64,000 nt of DNA from an uncultured Thiotrichaceae bacterium. Lineage in GTDB: Bacteria > Pseudomonadota > Gammaproteobacteria > SZUA-229. Under the pieces are notes generated by a model that saw only the letters and a program-made list of their open reading frames with translations, was not told the origin of the DNA and did not search any database. The position numbers were made by a program, and so were the translations under genes. Shown here in pieces: positions 47,662-57,494 of the stretch. Position 1 is the stretch's first letter. The number at the start of each line of letters is the position of its first letter. Location: assembly GCA_964441285.1 (NCBI GenBank), contig CAYTUK010000001.1, positions 225,662-289,661 on the forward strand, given 5' to 3'.

Positions 47662-49812
47662 TCACATTTCAGTGAAGTCATAATCCAGACCCTCGGATGG
47701 TGCCTGCAGGAAATGTCCCTGTATAAAGTTTACCCCCATGCCCCATAATATCGACAAACTGGCTGCGTCAGGGACATGCTGTGCTATGGTGAGTTTGTCG
47801 AGTTTGCTGGCTTCACTGGTAATCTCTTTTATGTGTTCCTGATGGTGGGTGTTTTTTGCAAGATCCTCCATAAGGCTGGGGTCAAGGCGAACATAATCGG
47901 CGTGTATATGCTGGAGCAATTGAAAGGGGTTGGTGCCTGAACCGAAGTCATCCAGTATAAAGCCACACTGAAGATTTTTAAGGTGCAGTGAAAGCTCCTT
48001 TGTATGTTTCAGATTGGTTACCGCAACAGTTTCTTTCACCACAAATGACAGTGAATTTGGCGGCAACTGTTTTTCTTTTATCTGGTAAGTTAGCCAGTCA
48101 ATTAATGTATTGTCTTTGATTGATGCCGCAGATAGTTTGAGGAAAAACTGCGTTTTATAACCTTCTTTCCAGCGGTTTAAAATTTGATTAATTGTTTGGT
48201 AGAATACCCAGCGGTCGATAGCCGTTGCCATACCGATACGCTCGGCAGCAGGTAAAAATTCCTGTGGCATGATCAGGTCAGAATGCTCTGCATTATCGGC
48301 TACATTTTTAAGCCGTATAAATACTTCATACCGTTCTTTAGTGTCGCCATGCAAGCTAATAATGGGTTGAAAGTGCAGAATGAAATTATCGTCTTTAAGT
48401 GCAGTAGTCAGTTGTTCTCTGAAACGAGTATCGACTTCCTGACGAGTTAGCTCACCTTTTTCAGGTTCATGTACACAGCAATGATTACCGCCTTGTTCCG
48501 TTGCTTCTAGCAGTGCCTTTTCGGTACGAACAAGTACGCTATTGTATTCGGGTGTGTCCTGGTCTATCAAGGTTGCACCAATGCTACACGTTGTATTGAT
48601 GCTGTTATCTTTTATATTAAAGATCAGATTTGAAATGATTTTATGAAATTTTTTGGCCAGTTTCTTGGCATTTATTTTATCGCAGTTGTGAGAAATATAG
48701 CCAAATGATGAATGATTATAGCGGGCAAGAAAATCCTTTTCACCAATATTTTTATTGAGGATTTCTGCTGCTGCGATAATGTAATTATCGGCATCTGCAA
48801 TACCGAGGGTATCTCTTATTTTGTCAAAATTATCCAGCTGAATTTCCATCATAACAGCGGTTATCTCACTCTTTTCACAGCTAGCAATAACTTCTTCCAG
48901 TGTTTCAATAAAATATTGGCGGTTAAATATGCCTGTTAGTTGATCTTTCTGACTGAGAAGTTTTAACTGTTTTTCAAGTTCTTCTATATTGGCATTTTCC
49001 TTGCGGATTATAATTTGAATGCAAGGTTCATTATCAATGTATGCAGGCGATAGTTCCATTTCACCTTCAAACGCTTCGCCATTAGGTTTGAGTAATTGTG
49101 TTTGTAATGCTTGAATATCAGTTTTATTTTTTACATAATCACGTAAAAATTCTTTAAAGGTTTCTCTCTGGTATTTTGAAATTACATCAAGAATAGGTAA
49201 GCCTTCAAGCTCGTCAGATGCGGTTATGCCGAATAGTTCCAGGTAGGACTGGTTGGAATAAACATGCATGCCTTCATGAATGTAAGCAATGGCATCTCTG
49301 GAACTGTCTAGCAGTGAGTTGCAACGGCACTCAGTTTGCTGCAGAGATTCCTGCATAGTTTCAATTTTTCTGGCATCAATCAGGGCTTTATATTCTCTGC
49401 TTATAACCAGGAGTAAATGTTCAATATTGCTGAATGAAACCAGATCCACAGCACCAGTTTGTAGTGCTTCGATTATGGATGATGTCGAGTTTTTATCAAC
49501 GGCGATAACGCGACTGAGCTTGCTGGCTGGAGTCCCGCCTAAACAGTGGCAGACCTGTTGCAGACTGAAATCTTCTATACCATTAAAGTAGATAACCAGG
49601 TCAGGTGGTTGTGAGTTAATGGCTTCAATCAGGTCTTCTTCGTCTTCTACACGCAGGGGTCTCGCTGTAAAACCCGCACTTCTCATTGCGCTGACAATGC
49701 GTTGCTCACTGTCAAATGAGTTATCAATAATAATTAAATTAACTGATCTTTCTTCCACAATATTTCCTATAATAGCTGAAGAACCCTGTGCCTGTTCAGT
49801 GTTAAGGTACAT
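47662..49812 (-). CDS. FimX-like REC-PAS-GGDEF-EAL protein with degenerate catalytic motifs (probable c-di-GMP sensor)
   Basis: 716-aa ORF with a receiver-like N-terminus lacking obvious phospho-acceptor context, and a PAS region. The GGDEF position reads NHSSF and the EAL position reads EVF (RYEVFIRL). Confidence 0.8.
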   Translation of the reverse strand: MYLNTEQAQGSSAIIGNIVEERSVNLIIIDNSFDSEQRIVSAMRSAGFTARPLRVEDEEDLIEAINSQPPDLVIYFNGIEDFSLQQVCHCLGGTPASKLSRVIAVDKNSTSSIIEALQTGAVDLVSFSNIEHLLLVISREYKALIDARKIETMQESLQQTECRCNSLLDSSRDAIAYIHEGMHVYSNQSYLELFGITASDELEGLPILDVISKYQRETFKEFLRDYVKNKTDIQALQTQLLKPNGEAFEGEMELSPAYIDNEPCIQIIIRKENANIEELEKQLKLLSQKDQLTGIFNRQYFIETLEEVIASCEKSEITAVMMEIQLDNFDKIRDTLGIADADNYIIAAAEILNKNIGEKDFLARYNHSSFGYISHNCDKINAKKLAKKFHKIISNLIFNIKDNSINTTCSIGATLIDQDTPEYNSVLVRTEKALLEATEQGGNHCCVHEPEKGELTRQEVDTRFREQLTTALKDDNFILHFQPIISLHGDTKERYEVFIRLKNVADNAEHSDLIMPQEFLPAAERIGMATAIDRWVFYQTINQILNRWKEGYKTQFFLKLSAASIKDNTLIDWLTYQIKEKQLPPNSLSFVVKETVAVTNLKHTKELSLHLKNLQCGFILDDFGSGTNPFQLLQHIHADYVRLDPSLMEDLAKNTHHQEHIKEITSEASKLDKLTIAQHVPDAASLSILWGMGVNFIQGHFLQAPSEGLDYDFTEM

Positions 49813-49814
49813 GG

Positions 49815-51665
49815 CTAAAGGGATGACCAGATTTCGTCGAAGTCATCCTGCGTTTTTGATGCCTGTGCTTTTTTTGCCTGTTTCTGGATGCGCGATGCCT
49901 CTTCAGTGTTGGTATAATAAAACTGGGTAAATAAGCCAGTATGTTCTTTAGATAAGCCAAGTGTAACGGGTAGTTTCCTGGTCATAATGTCTACGGTTAG
50001 TTTATCATTAGCTTTAAATGCATGTGCGGGAAGAATAATACTTGATGGTTGTTTGAGTGGTTTCACCCCCGGCAGCAGCAAACATTCAAAGGGTTTTTCA
50101 TTTGGGCGATTAGCGCGTTGTACTACAGCACTGATTACCTGGGGGGATATAACCTGAACGCCAATTTCAAGGCCGTTTTTCTGGGTGAATTGCATCCAGC
50201 GTATGATACCAATTCTCCACTCGAACTTATCGTTGTTAACTTGTTCGTAAAGTGCGATGACTTCACCTATTTGTGCGTGGGAGGCATCTTCCGAGTTCCA
50301 GCGCAGGCAATAACCACCGGCACTAATATTAACTACTGCCCAGCGTGTATCGGCCTGTTTTTTATGCTGATTAAGTCCTTCTTTCGTTAGCTTTCTTTGT
50401 TCTTTATCGTAGGTATCAGTCAGTACTGTACCGCGAGCAACCATATCCCATGAATTATTTTGGCTGTCATCGATTTCAGTATGTGTCACATAACCGCTTA
50501 AATTCGGTACTTCATTGTCATCAGCAATGGCTTCGAGCGTAAAACCAAAGTCGGAGGTAGTGGCCTGCTCTGTTCGGACAATGCCCGAGCGGGTATCAAC
50601 ACCTTTGGTTTTTTTATTTTTTTCAAAAATCATATGGGCGATTATTTTTAAGCCAATGGAGACTTCAATTTTTCCCTGGCGGTTTGCACGAGAGAAGCGT
50701 CGTTTGGTACTGGTTCCCCAGTTCGTGCATACTATTTTTAGTGAATCAGGCGATATTTCGTCACCCAGAGTAAGCTTTGATGGATTATTTTCGGGCAGGT
50801 TGATGGACTCTTTTATGTGTGCAACCAGTTGTGTTGCATCTAGAAAACGCTTTGTAGTATTGGTGTCTAAATCTTCTTTGCTTAGATAGTCTGGGGCTGC
50901 ATCTTCGTCTATTTTTAAACAGAAAATTTTGTCAACCTGCGCGGTGACTGCTTGATGTTGTATGGTGCAGTACTTTACCCAGTGGGGAAGTTTCTGAAAT
51001 ACACGTTCACTGTCACTCTGACTTAAAGCAATCGGTCGAGCCAGTGTAAATAAAAGTATTTGTTTGTAGCAAAGATTAACATTGATGGCTATTTTTTTGT
51101 CTGCTTTTATTTCATTGTCGTTAACGGAAACTTCAAGCAAATGATGTGACTCGGCAAAAAGATAGACCTGATGTACGTCTCGCCATAAATTTTTAGCGGG
51201 TGTTGCGTAAATTTCACTTGAGCGAAGCAGTAGTTCGGCGAGATAGCTAATCGTCCGGCAGCAAGCGATTGCCTGTGATTTCTTGTTTATTTTGCTGCTT
51301 TTACCGTTTTTTTCTACGTCAGCTAACAGAATTTTATAGCCATAGGCCATTTCTTGCAGCAACAACTGATTCAGGTTTACAACTTTTCTACTTTTATCGG
51401 GTAGCGGTAATGAGCGGCTAATAAAATATTTTTTCAGATTTTTGAAAACTTCGCGACAGGGTTTACGCAACATTTCCATGTTTTCAAGTCGATATTTCGC
51501 CGGCATTGTCTGCCGGTTTAATTCGCGCAATATCTGGTATAGCTGTTTGGTTAATTCTCCCATATTGGCATTGGGCAGGGTTGCCAATATCTTTTTTAGC
51601 TTACGTGGCTGATTAGGTGTTGCGCTTTCTGCAGGGGTTATTTGTGCTGGTATTTGTAGTTTCAT
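49815..51665 (-). CDS. Large protein with a C-terminal PilZ-like domain
   Basis: 616-aa ORF. KRRFSRANRQ (RxxxR-like) and VVNISAGGYCLRW (D/NxSxxG-like) are separated by about 110 aa. The gene ends 3 nt before the FimX-like gene. Confidence 0.6.
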   Translation of the reverse strand: MKLQIPAQITPAESATPNQPRKLKKILATLPNANMGELTKQLYQILRELNRQTMPAKYRLENMEMLRKPCREVFKNLKKYFISRSLPLPDKSRKVVNLNQLLLQEMAYGYKILLADVEKNGKSSKINKKSQAIACCRTISYLAELLLRSSEIYATPAKNLWRDVHQVYLFAESHHLLEVSVNDNEIKADKKIAINVNLCYKQILLFTLARPIALSQSDSERVFQKLPHWVKYCTIQHQAVTAQVDKIFCLKIDEDAAPDYLSKEDLDTNTTKRFLDATQLVAHIKESINLPENNPSKLTLGDEISPDSLKIVCTNWGTSTKRRFSRANRQGKIEVSIGLKIIAHMIFEKNKKTKGVDTRSGIVRTEQATTSDFGFTLEAIADDNEVPNLSGYVTHTEIDDSQNNSWDMVARGTVLTDTYDKEQRKLTKEGLNQHKKQADTRWAVVNISAGGYCLRWNSEDASHAQIGEVIALYEQVNNDKFEWRIGIIRWMQFTQKNGLEIGVQVISPQVISAVVQRANRPNEKPFECLLLPGVKPLKQPSSIILPAHAFKANDKLTVDIMTRKLPVTLGLSKEHTGLFTQFYYTNTEEASRIQKQAKKAQASKTQDDFDEIWSSL

Positions 51666-51820
51666 ACGTTATTTCTAAGTTCTACTTGCAAGATCATCGG
51701 CCAAGCCACTTGTTTTTCATAGGACTTTGAATCTGTTGCATTATTAAATAATAACCATTAAAAAGATTAACTATATGCATGATATCTATTCTTATTCCAT
51801 GTATTGCTTTTAAGTGTAGC

Positions 51821-52849
51821 TTAGATACTAAAAATTGCTGTTTTTGAATCATTTCCAGGAATTTCCTGTACCAGTTGTGGAACCAGGTATCCAGGTAGTT
51901 GAGTGCGCATTTTCTTTATTAATGTTACCGCTGCCTGCTTGCTGGTGTCAAAATGCATCGCACCTTGAACCGGATCAAGTTTATGCAGGTAATAAGGCAG
52001 GGTAAAACAGGTATGCAAACGCTTACTTAACTGGGTCAGCGATACTACGTCATCATTAATCCCCTTAAGTAATACGCTCTGATTTAATAATGTTATATCT
52101 GCACGGTGCAATTGTTTTAGTACCTGTTGCTCGTCGTCACCAAGTTCGTTTGCATGGTTGGCATGAATAACCATTGTAATACGAAAGCGACTATTTTTTA
52201 GTAAATTAAGTAAGTTTTCGGCAATGCGTGCGGGTAAAACAACGGGTAGGCGTGTATGAATACGTAATGAGGTAAGCGAGTCAATACTCTCAAGTTGTGA
52301 GAATAATGTTTTAAGTTTTGAATCGTCTAACACCAGTGGGTCGCCACCACTAAGAATAATCTCATCAATGTTTGTATGTGTGCGCAGGTAAGCGAAGATT
52401 TTTTGCATAACCGAGGGTTTGCAAGCCGCTTGTGGATAAGGATAGTGACGGCGAAAACAGTAGCGGCAGTGGATGGCGCAGGCACCAGTGGTAATTAATA
52501 GCGCACGGCCGTGATATTTATGTAACAGACCACTACTGGGCATCGCCGTTAAGTCGCCAACGGGATCAAGCAGTCCCTGTGGTTCGTTTTCAATTGCTAG
52601 CGGCAAAATTTGTTTTAACAGTGGGTCATTCCTATTGCCGTATTGAATTTTTTTCAGGTAGCTTCGTGGCACCAGACATTTAAACTCAGGCTGCTTGATA
52701 ATTTCTGCGGCCAGTTCCTTATGTAAGCCAAGTTCATTTATCAGTTGCATCGGTGAGGTAATGGCGTTGTTGAGTGCCTGTTTCCAGTTTTCGGCGAGAG
52801 TCGAATTCTTTACGGGTGTTTTTATGGGCAATAGGTGAGTTACAGACAT
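51821..52849 (-). CDS. epmB: EF-P beta-lysylation protein EpmB (lysine 2,3-aminomutase-like radical SAM)
   Basis: Radical-SAM motif CAIHCRYCFRR and LSGGDPL, divergent from efp. The start is trimmed to the ATG at 52849. Confidence 0.88.
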   Translation of the reverse strand: MSVTHLLPIKTPVKNSTLAENWKQALNNAITSPMQLINELGLHKELAAEIIKQPEFKCLVPRSYLKKIQYGNRNDPLLKQILPLAIENEPQGLLDPVGDLTAMPSSGLLHKYHGRALLITTGACAIHCRYCFRRHYPYPQAACKPSVMQKIFAYLRTHTNIDEIILSGGDPLVLDDSKLKTLFSQLESIDSLTSLRIHTRLPVVLPARIAENLLNLLKNSRFRITMVIHANHANELGDDEQQVLKQLHRADITLLNQSVLLKGINDDVVSLTQLSKRLHTCFTLPYYLHKLDPVQGAMHFDTSKQAAVTLIKKMRTQLPGYLVPQLVQEIPGNDSKTAIFSI

Positions 52850-52998
52850 GATTTTTTCTGCTCGATAAATTTCGCAGTGAAGTAAAGGTGAAATCAGGGT
52901 AATATTACGCCAAATTACAGGCTGCGACAGCATCGGCTGAAATAACTGACCAATCTAGTCATCTACCCATCTGGGTTGAAAATAAAAGGCAAACAATT

Positions 52999-53562
52999 AT
53001 GGCGACATACAGTCCAAATCAATTTAAGAATGGGTTAAAAATTATACTCGATAACGCACCCTGTTCTATTACAGAGAATATTGTGGTTAAACCTGGAAAA
53101 GGGCAGGCCTTTAATCGGATTAAAGCAAAAAATTTAAAAACTGGTCGGGTTATCGAAAAAACATTTAAAAGTACCGAATCGGTAGAAGCGGCGGATGTAG
53201 ATGAAATGAGCGTAGAATTTCTGTACAGTGATAATGAGTACTGGCACTTTATGGAACCGACATCCTATGAGCAATATGCAGCAGATAAAATAGCAACGGG
53301 TGAGGCAATAAAATGGTTAAAGGGCCAGGAAGTTTGTGTGTTGGTATTGTGGAATGGTGATCCTTTGGCTATTACCCCACCAAATTTTGTTGAACTGGCG
53401 GTAGCGCAAACTGATCCGGGTTTGAAAGGGGATACGGCGCAGGGTGGCACTAAACCAGCAACTCTGGAAACCGGAACGGAAGTAAAAGTGCCCCTGTTTA
53501 TTGAAGCAGGCGATGTGCTGAAAATTGATACTCGCACAGGTGATTATGTGTCGCGTGCCTAG
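52999..53562 (+). CDS. efp: Translation elongation factor P
   Basis: 187-aa ORF with VKPGKGQAF (modified-Lys loop) and [23 protein letters not shown]. Confidence 0.95.
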   Translation: MATYSPNQFKNGLKIILDNAPCSITENIVVKPGKGQAFNRIKAKNLKTGRVIEKTFKSTESVEAADVDEMSVEFLYSDNEYWHFMEPTSYEQYAADKIATGEAIKWLKGQEVCVLVLWNGDPLAITPPNFVELAVAQTDPGLKGDTAQGGTKPATLETGTEVKVPLFIEAGDVLKIDTRTGDYVSRA

Positions 53563-53609
53563 TTACCTGTTATCTCGCCTCCCGTATTTTTTTGTTATGC
53601 AAGGTTGAA

Positions 53610-54590
53610 ATGGTCTCTGGTGGGCAGGCACCAGCAACTTTGGTGCGGTTAAAAAAGCGAGCCTGTATGTTAAAAAATATACGGGCTTTTTTTGATGCGC
53701 GTAAGGTGATGGAGGTAGAGACTCCGTTATTATCTCGCTTTGCGGTCACTGACCCCCATCTCGATAGTTTGCATACCCAGTTTCGTGATGAAACTTTTTA
53801 TTTGAACACATCACCCGAATATTGTATGAAGCGCTTGCTGGCAGAAAATGCCGTACCGATTTATCAGATAAGTAAAGCTTTTCGGGACGATGAATTTGGC
53901 CAGCAGCATAATCCTGAATTCACTTTGTTGGAATGGTATCGACCAGGTTTTACATTAAATCAGTTAATGGATGAAATGGAAGCTTTAATTGGTTTTGTTT
54001 TTGGTGATAACCCGTTGAGCTGTTGTTTTCAGCGGATCAGTTATCAACAGGCATTTGAATTATATGCCGATATTAATCCTCATACTGCTAGTGTGCAAGA
54101 GTGTCGGCAATGTGCAATAAAGCATACTATTGATATTCCCGTGGGGTTGGGTGTTGAGCGCCACGAGTTAAATGACTGGCTGGACTGGTTACTCACACAG
54201 CTGGTATTGCCAAAATTACCCAGGCATCAATTCACCTTTCTGTTCGATTACCCGGCATCGCAGGCTGCGCTGGCAAAGATTGAAATGAATCAAGACGGTT
54301 ATTCGGTAGCGCGGCGTTTCGAGTTGCTGTACGGTGAGCTGGAACTGGCGAATGCGTTCGACGAATTGACTGATGCAAAAGAGCAGCGGCAACGCTTTGA
54401 GCGTGATAACAGGCAGCGGTCTGCCGCAGGCAACCCCCCCCAGGCTCTCGATAACAACTTGTTGGCTGCATTACAGCAGGGTTTGCCGGATTGCGCCGGG
54501 GTTGCATTAGGGCTGGATCGGTTGCTAATGGTGTTAGCCCGGTGTCGCTCGATTGAGTCGGTACTGGCATTTTCCTGGCGGCAAATTTAA
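53610..54590 (+). CDS. epmA: EF-P-lysine lysyltransferase EpmA (PoxA/GenX)
   Basis: Colinear with E. coli EpmA as I recall it: LLKRA..IR.FF, EVETPLLS, TSPEYCMKRLL, HNPEFTLLEWY, ELANAFDELTDAKEQRQRFE, GVALGLDRLLMV. The ATG at 53610 follows AAGG. Confidence 0.9.
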   Translation: MVSGGQAPATLVRLKKRACMLKNIRAFFDARKVMEVETPLLSRFAVTDPHLDSLHTQFRDETFYLNTSPEYCMKRLLAENAVPIYQISKAFRDDEFGQQHNPEFTLLEWYRPGFTLNQLMDEMEALIGFVFGDNPLSCCFQRISYQQAFELYADINPHTASVQECRQCAIKHTIDIPVGLGVERHELNDWLDWLLTQLVLPKLPRHQFTFLFDYPASQAALAKIEMNQDGYSVARRFELLYGELELANAFDELTDAKEQRQRFERDNRQRSAAGNPPQALDNNLLAALQQGLPDCAGVALGLDRLLMVLARCRSIESVLAFSWRQI

Positions 54591-54616
54591 GCGCGAACAA
54601 TGCTCGCTTACGGGTC

Positions 54617-55990
54617 TTAAAGCAGATTAAATTTTTGCATCCGACGCCACAGAGTACTGCGATCAATACCGAGTGTTTCGGCAGCCAGTGAGCGGTTGCC
54701 ATGGGAACATTTTAGCGCCTGTTTAATGGCTATTTGTTGTTCTATTTCGTTACTGACGGCACAATTTTCATTGTCCTGTTGAAAATATCTACGGATATCC
54801 TGCGGTAGACTGTCTGGAGTTACTGCATCACCTGTTGCACAGATCACGCCATGCTCGACCGCATTTTCCAGCTCGCGCACGTTTCCGGGCCAGGGGTAGT
54901 CAAGCATCATCCCAAGAGTCTCTTTGCTGAAACAGCTATGACTGGAATAACCTCTATCACTTAAACGTCTGAGAAAGTGGTCGATTAATGCCGGAATGTC
55001 GCTAGGACGGTCGTGCAAACAGGGCAGTTCTATTGGGATTACCGCTAGTCGATAATATAGATCGGCGCGAAATTTACCCTCATCAACCAGTTCACGTAGG
55101 TTTTTATTGGATGCGGCGATCACTCGCGTGTTAATGGTGATTGTTTTATCTGAGCCGACCATTTCGAACGCCTGATACTGTAGAGCTTTGAGCAGTTTAG
55201 CCTGCAGGTGTAGCGGTATCTCACTGACCTCATCCAGAAACAGTGTGCCTTTATCGGCAGAAAGAAAACGCCCGTTGCGGTTCTGGATGGCGCCGGTGAA
55301 GGCCCCTTTTACGTGACCAAAAAGTTCTGATTCAATGAGTGATTCGGGTATGGCGGCGCAGTTTACTTCGATCAGAGGGGCTTTGGAGCGTAAGCTACTC
55401 TGGTGAATTATGCGCGCAAGCTGGGATTTACCAGTACCAGATTCACCCTGTAATAATATGTAGGCATCCGTTGGTGCTACTTGCTGAATCTGTGCAAGAA
55501 TAGAGAGAAGTTTTGGGTCTTTAGTGATTAAACCCTGGTGATCACGTTGCAGTACCGAGTCCAGTGTGATGTGCTCGGTTAAGTCTTGCATCATAATCAG
55601 CCGGATCCCTTTGCCCGAATGCTGTAGCCTGAGAATACCCGAATGGAACTCAATATAGCGTGTTACACCGTCAATCAGCACCTGTTCAGTAAAGCGCACA
55701 AAATCATCACTGGGTTTACCTGCCGCATCAGCATGACCTGCGTTAATGGCTGCACGTACCAGACTTTTTTTCAGGTTAATGGTATTGAGCTGGTTGATTG
55801 ATGTAATGGGAATGTTCGCGGGTAGACCGAGTAACTGATACGCCGACGGGTTGTGATAAAGCACCTTACCTCGGGTATCGGCAATGATGATGCCTTCATC
55901 AATAAAGGATACGATGGATTCGAGTACTAAGTTAAAATCATTAAAATCCTGCATCATGTCAGTCCACCCTGCAACGTAAGGGTCTAGCAT
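54617..55990 (-). CDS. Sigma-54-dependent transcriptional activator (PAS-AAA+-HTH)
   Basis: 457-aa ORF with GESGTGKS, GAFTGA, the ESELFGH region, and a C-terminal Fis-type HTH AAETLGIDRSTLWRRMQKF. Confidence 0.92.
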   Translation of the reverse strand: MLDPYVAGWTDMMQDFNDFNLVLESIVSFIDEGIIIADTRGKVLYHNPSAYQLLGLPANIPITSINQLNTINLKKSLVRAAINAGHADAAGKPSDDFVRFTEQVLIDGVTRYIEFHSGILRLQHSGKGIRLIMMQDLTEHITLDSVLQRDHQGLITKDPKLLSILAQIQQVAPTDAYILLQGESGTGKSQLARIIHQSSLRSKAPLIEVNCAAIPESLIESELFGHVKGAFTGAIQNRNGRFLSADKGTLFLDEVSEIPLHLQAKLLKALQYQAFEMVGSDKTITINTRVIAASNKNLRELVDEGKFRADLYYRLAVIPIELPCLHDRPSDIPALIDHFLRRLSDRGYSSHSCFSKETLGMMLDYPWPGNVRELENAVEHGVICATGDAVTPDSLPQDIRRYFQQDNENCAVSNEIEQQIAIKQALKCSHGNRSLAAETLGIDRSTLWRRMQKFNLL

Positions 55991-56029
55991 AACATGCTGA
56001 TAAATAAACAGATGGTCTGATTTGGTTGC

Positions 56030-56066
56030 TTATGTGTTGCATTATACTCCTGATTGCAACACATAA
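56030..56066. promoter_or_regulatory. Perfect 12-bp inverted repeat (13-bp spacer), candidate upstream activator site for the adjacent sigma-54 activator
   Basis: TTATGTGTTGCA (56030-56041) and TGCAACACATAA (56055-56066), about 40-75 bp upstream of the -24/-12 element. Confidence 0.55.
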
Positions 56067-56104
56067 TGCCTGACGGATTTCATATAAAACAATGACTTAA
56101 GTGT

Positions 56105-56120
56105 TGGCATAATGATTGCA
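56105..56120 (+). promoter_or_regulatory. Sigma-54 (-24/-12) promoter
   Basis: TGGCAT-aatga-TTGCA has the exact GG-N10-GC spacing of the TGGCAC-N5-TTGCW consensus. It lies about 165 nt upstream of the MFP gene and is divergent from the sigma-54 activator gene. Confidence 0.75.
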
Positions 56121-56285
56121 TCAAGTTTTTCTAAACATGCCGGATAAGTTTGAGTAATACGTGCGTGTTTGGTATTGAGATTGGTTTCGCCGCAAGTTAG
56201 GAAATATCTTGCAATTTATTGGGTTGCGAGGCATTCTTGCGAATCTGTGCATTGTTAATGCATGGTCGCGATTAAATTTATGTAA

Positions 56286-57419
56286 ATGAACATGAAGGTA
56301 GCTTTCAGCATGTCGATCAGAAAACTAATAACATATCCTCTTTTCTTTTTATCTTTTGTCTCGGTGGTTGCACAGGCGAGCCATATTATTACTGTGGGCG
56401 TGGCGACACACGGTGGTTACACCATCATTGGTGGTGGCGTGATTCCTTTAAAGCAAGTAACCCTTGCCGCGCAAATGTCCGGGCGAGTGGTTTCTATCGC
56501 GGGTGTGGCCGGTGATGCCTTTAAAGCCGGAACTCGGTTGGTAAAACTTAATGATGAAAAATTGCTGGCAAAGAAAGCAGCGGCCGAGGCAAAATTAATC
56601 TCGGCGAGAAATTCGGTACAAAATTCACAGGTACAATATAACCGTGAGTTATGGAGTCCCAGCGTTTACAACCCACGCCCAGTATCAGGTATGGCAATGC
56701 CTTCTATGTTCGATAGCTTTTTTAATAAAGGACCTATGAACATGAATTCGGGTAACAAAATTATTGATCGTAATGCGGATCTGGTGAGTCGAGGAACACA
56801 GGTTAATGTAGCACGTTCACGAGTTCAGGAGGCTAAATCGGGTTTGCGTGAAGTGGATGCAAAATTGCGTGATACGGTTGCGATTGCACCTTTTGATGGC
56901 ATTATTATGAAAAAAATGGTTGAAATTGGTGATACGGTTCAGCCGGGTCAGCCCTTACTGGTTTTCGCCTATACCAGATTCTTGCAGATACGTGCTGAGG
57001 TGCCCGCGAGAATAATGCCCGGGCTTAGAAAGGGCATGGTGGTGCCTGCTCTGCTGGATGTTGGTAATACTCAGGTGAATGCGCGGGTGGCACATATTTC
57101 ACCTGTTGCGAATAAAATGCAGCATACAGTCACGGTAAAATTTGATCTACCAGAAGGCGTTCCAGGTGGGCCCGGAATGTATGCCGAAGTCATGATTCCT
57201 GATATTAATTCGCCGGCACTCACCCTGCCTGTTATACCTAATGCAGCGATTAACCGAAATGGTAGTTTACCCTCCGTTCAGGTTCTGGATAAAGACAACA
57301 AACCTAAAATGCGTTTAATTCGTATTGGTGAAAAAGTAGGGAATAATGCGGTTGTGGTGCTTTCTGGATTGAAGCCAGGCGAGCGTATTCTGGTGCGCGA
57401 TGAGCTAAATGAGCATTAG
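56286..57419 (+). CDS. RND efflux periplasmic adaptor (membrane fusion protein)
   Basis: 377-aa ORF with a signal/anchor sequence, coiled-coil region, IAPFDGIIMKK, and beta-barrel and membrane-proximal domains. Confidence 0.85.
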   Translation: MNMKVAFSMSIRKLITYPLFFLSFVSVVAQASHIITVGVATHGGYTIIGGGVIPLKQVTLAAQMSGRVVSIAGVAGDAFKAGTRLVKLNDEKLLAKKAAAEAKLISARNSVQNSQVQYNRELWSPSVYNPRPVSGMAMPSMFDSFFNKGPMNMNSGNKIIDRNADLVSRGTQVNVARSRVQEAKSGLREVDAKLRDTVAIAPFDGIIMKKMVEIGDTVQPGQPLLVFAYTRFLQIRAEVPARIMPGLRKGMVVPALLDVGNTQVNARVAHISPVANKMQHTVTVKFDLPEGVPGGPGMYAEVMIPDINSPALTLPVIPNAAINRNGSLPSVQVLDKDNKPKMRLIRIGEKVGNNAVVVLSGLKPGERILVRDELNEH

Positions 57420-57494
57420 TTACACCCATTTACTTAGTGGTATCTATAGCATCCATCTGATGAATTGTAATTGTATAAAAAATTAGTACTCCTT

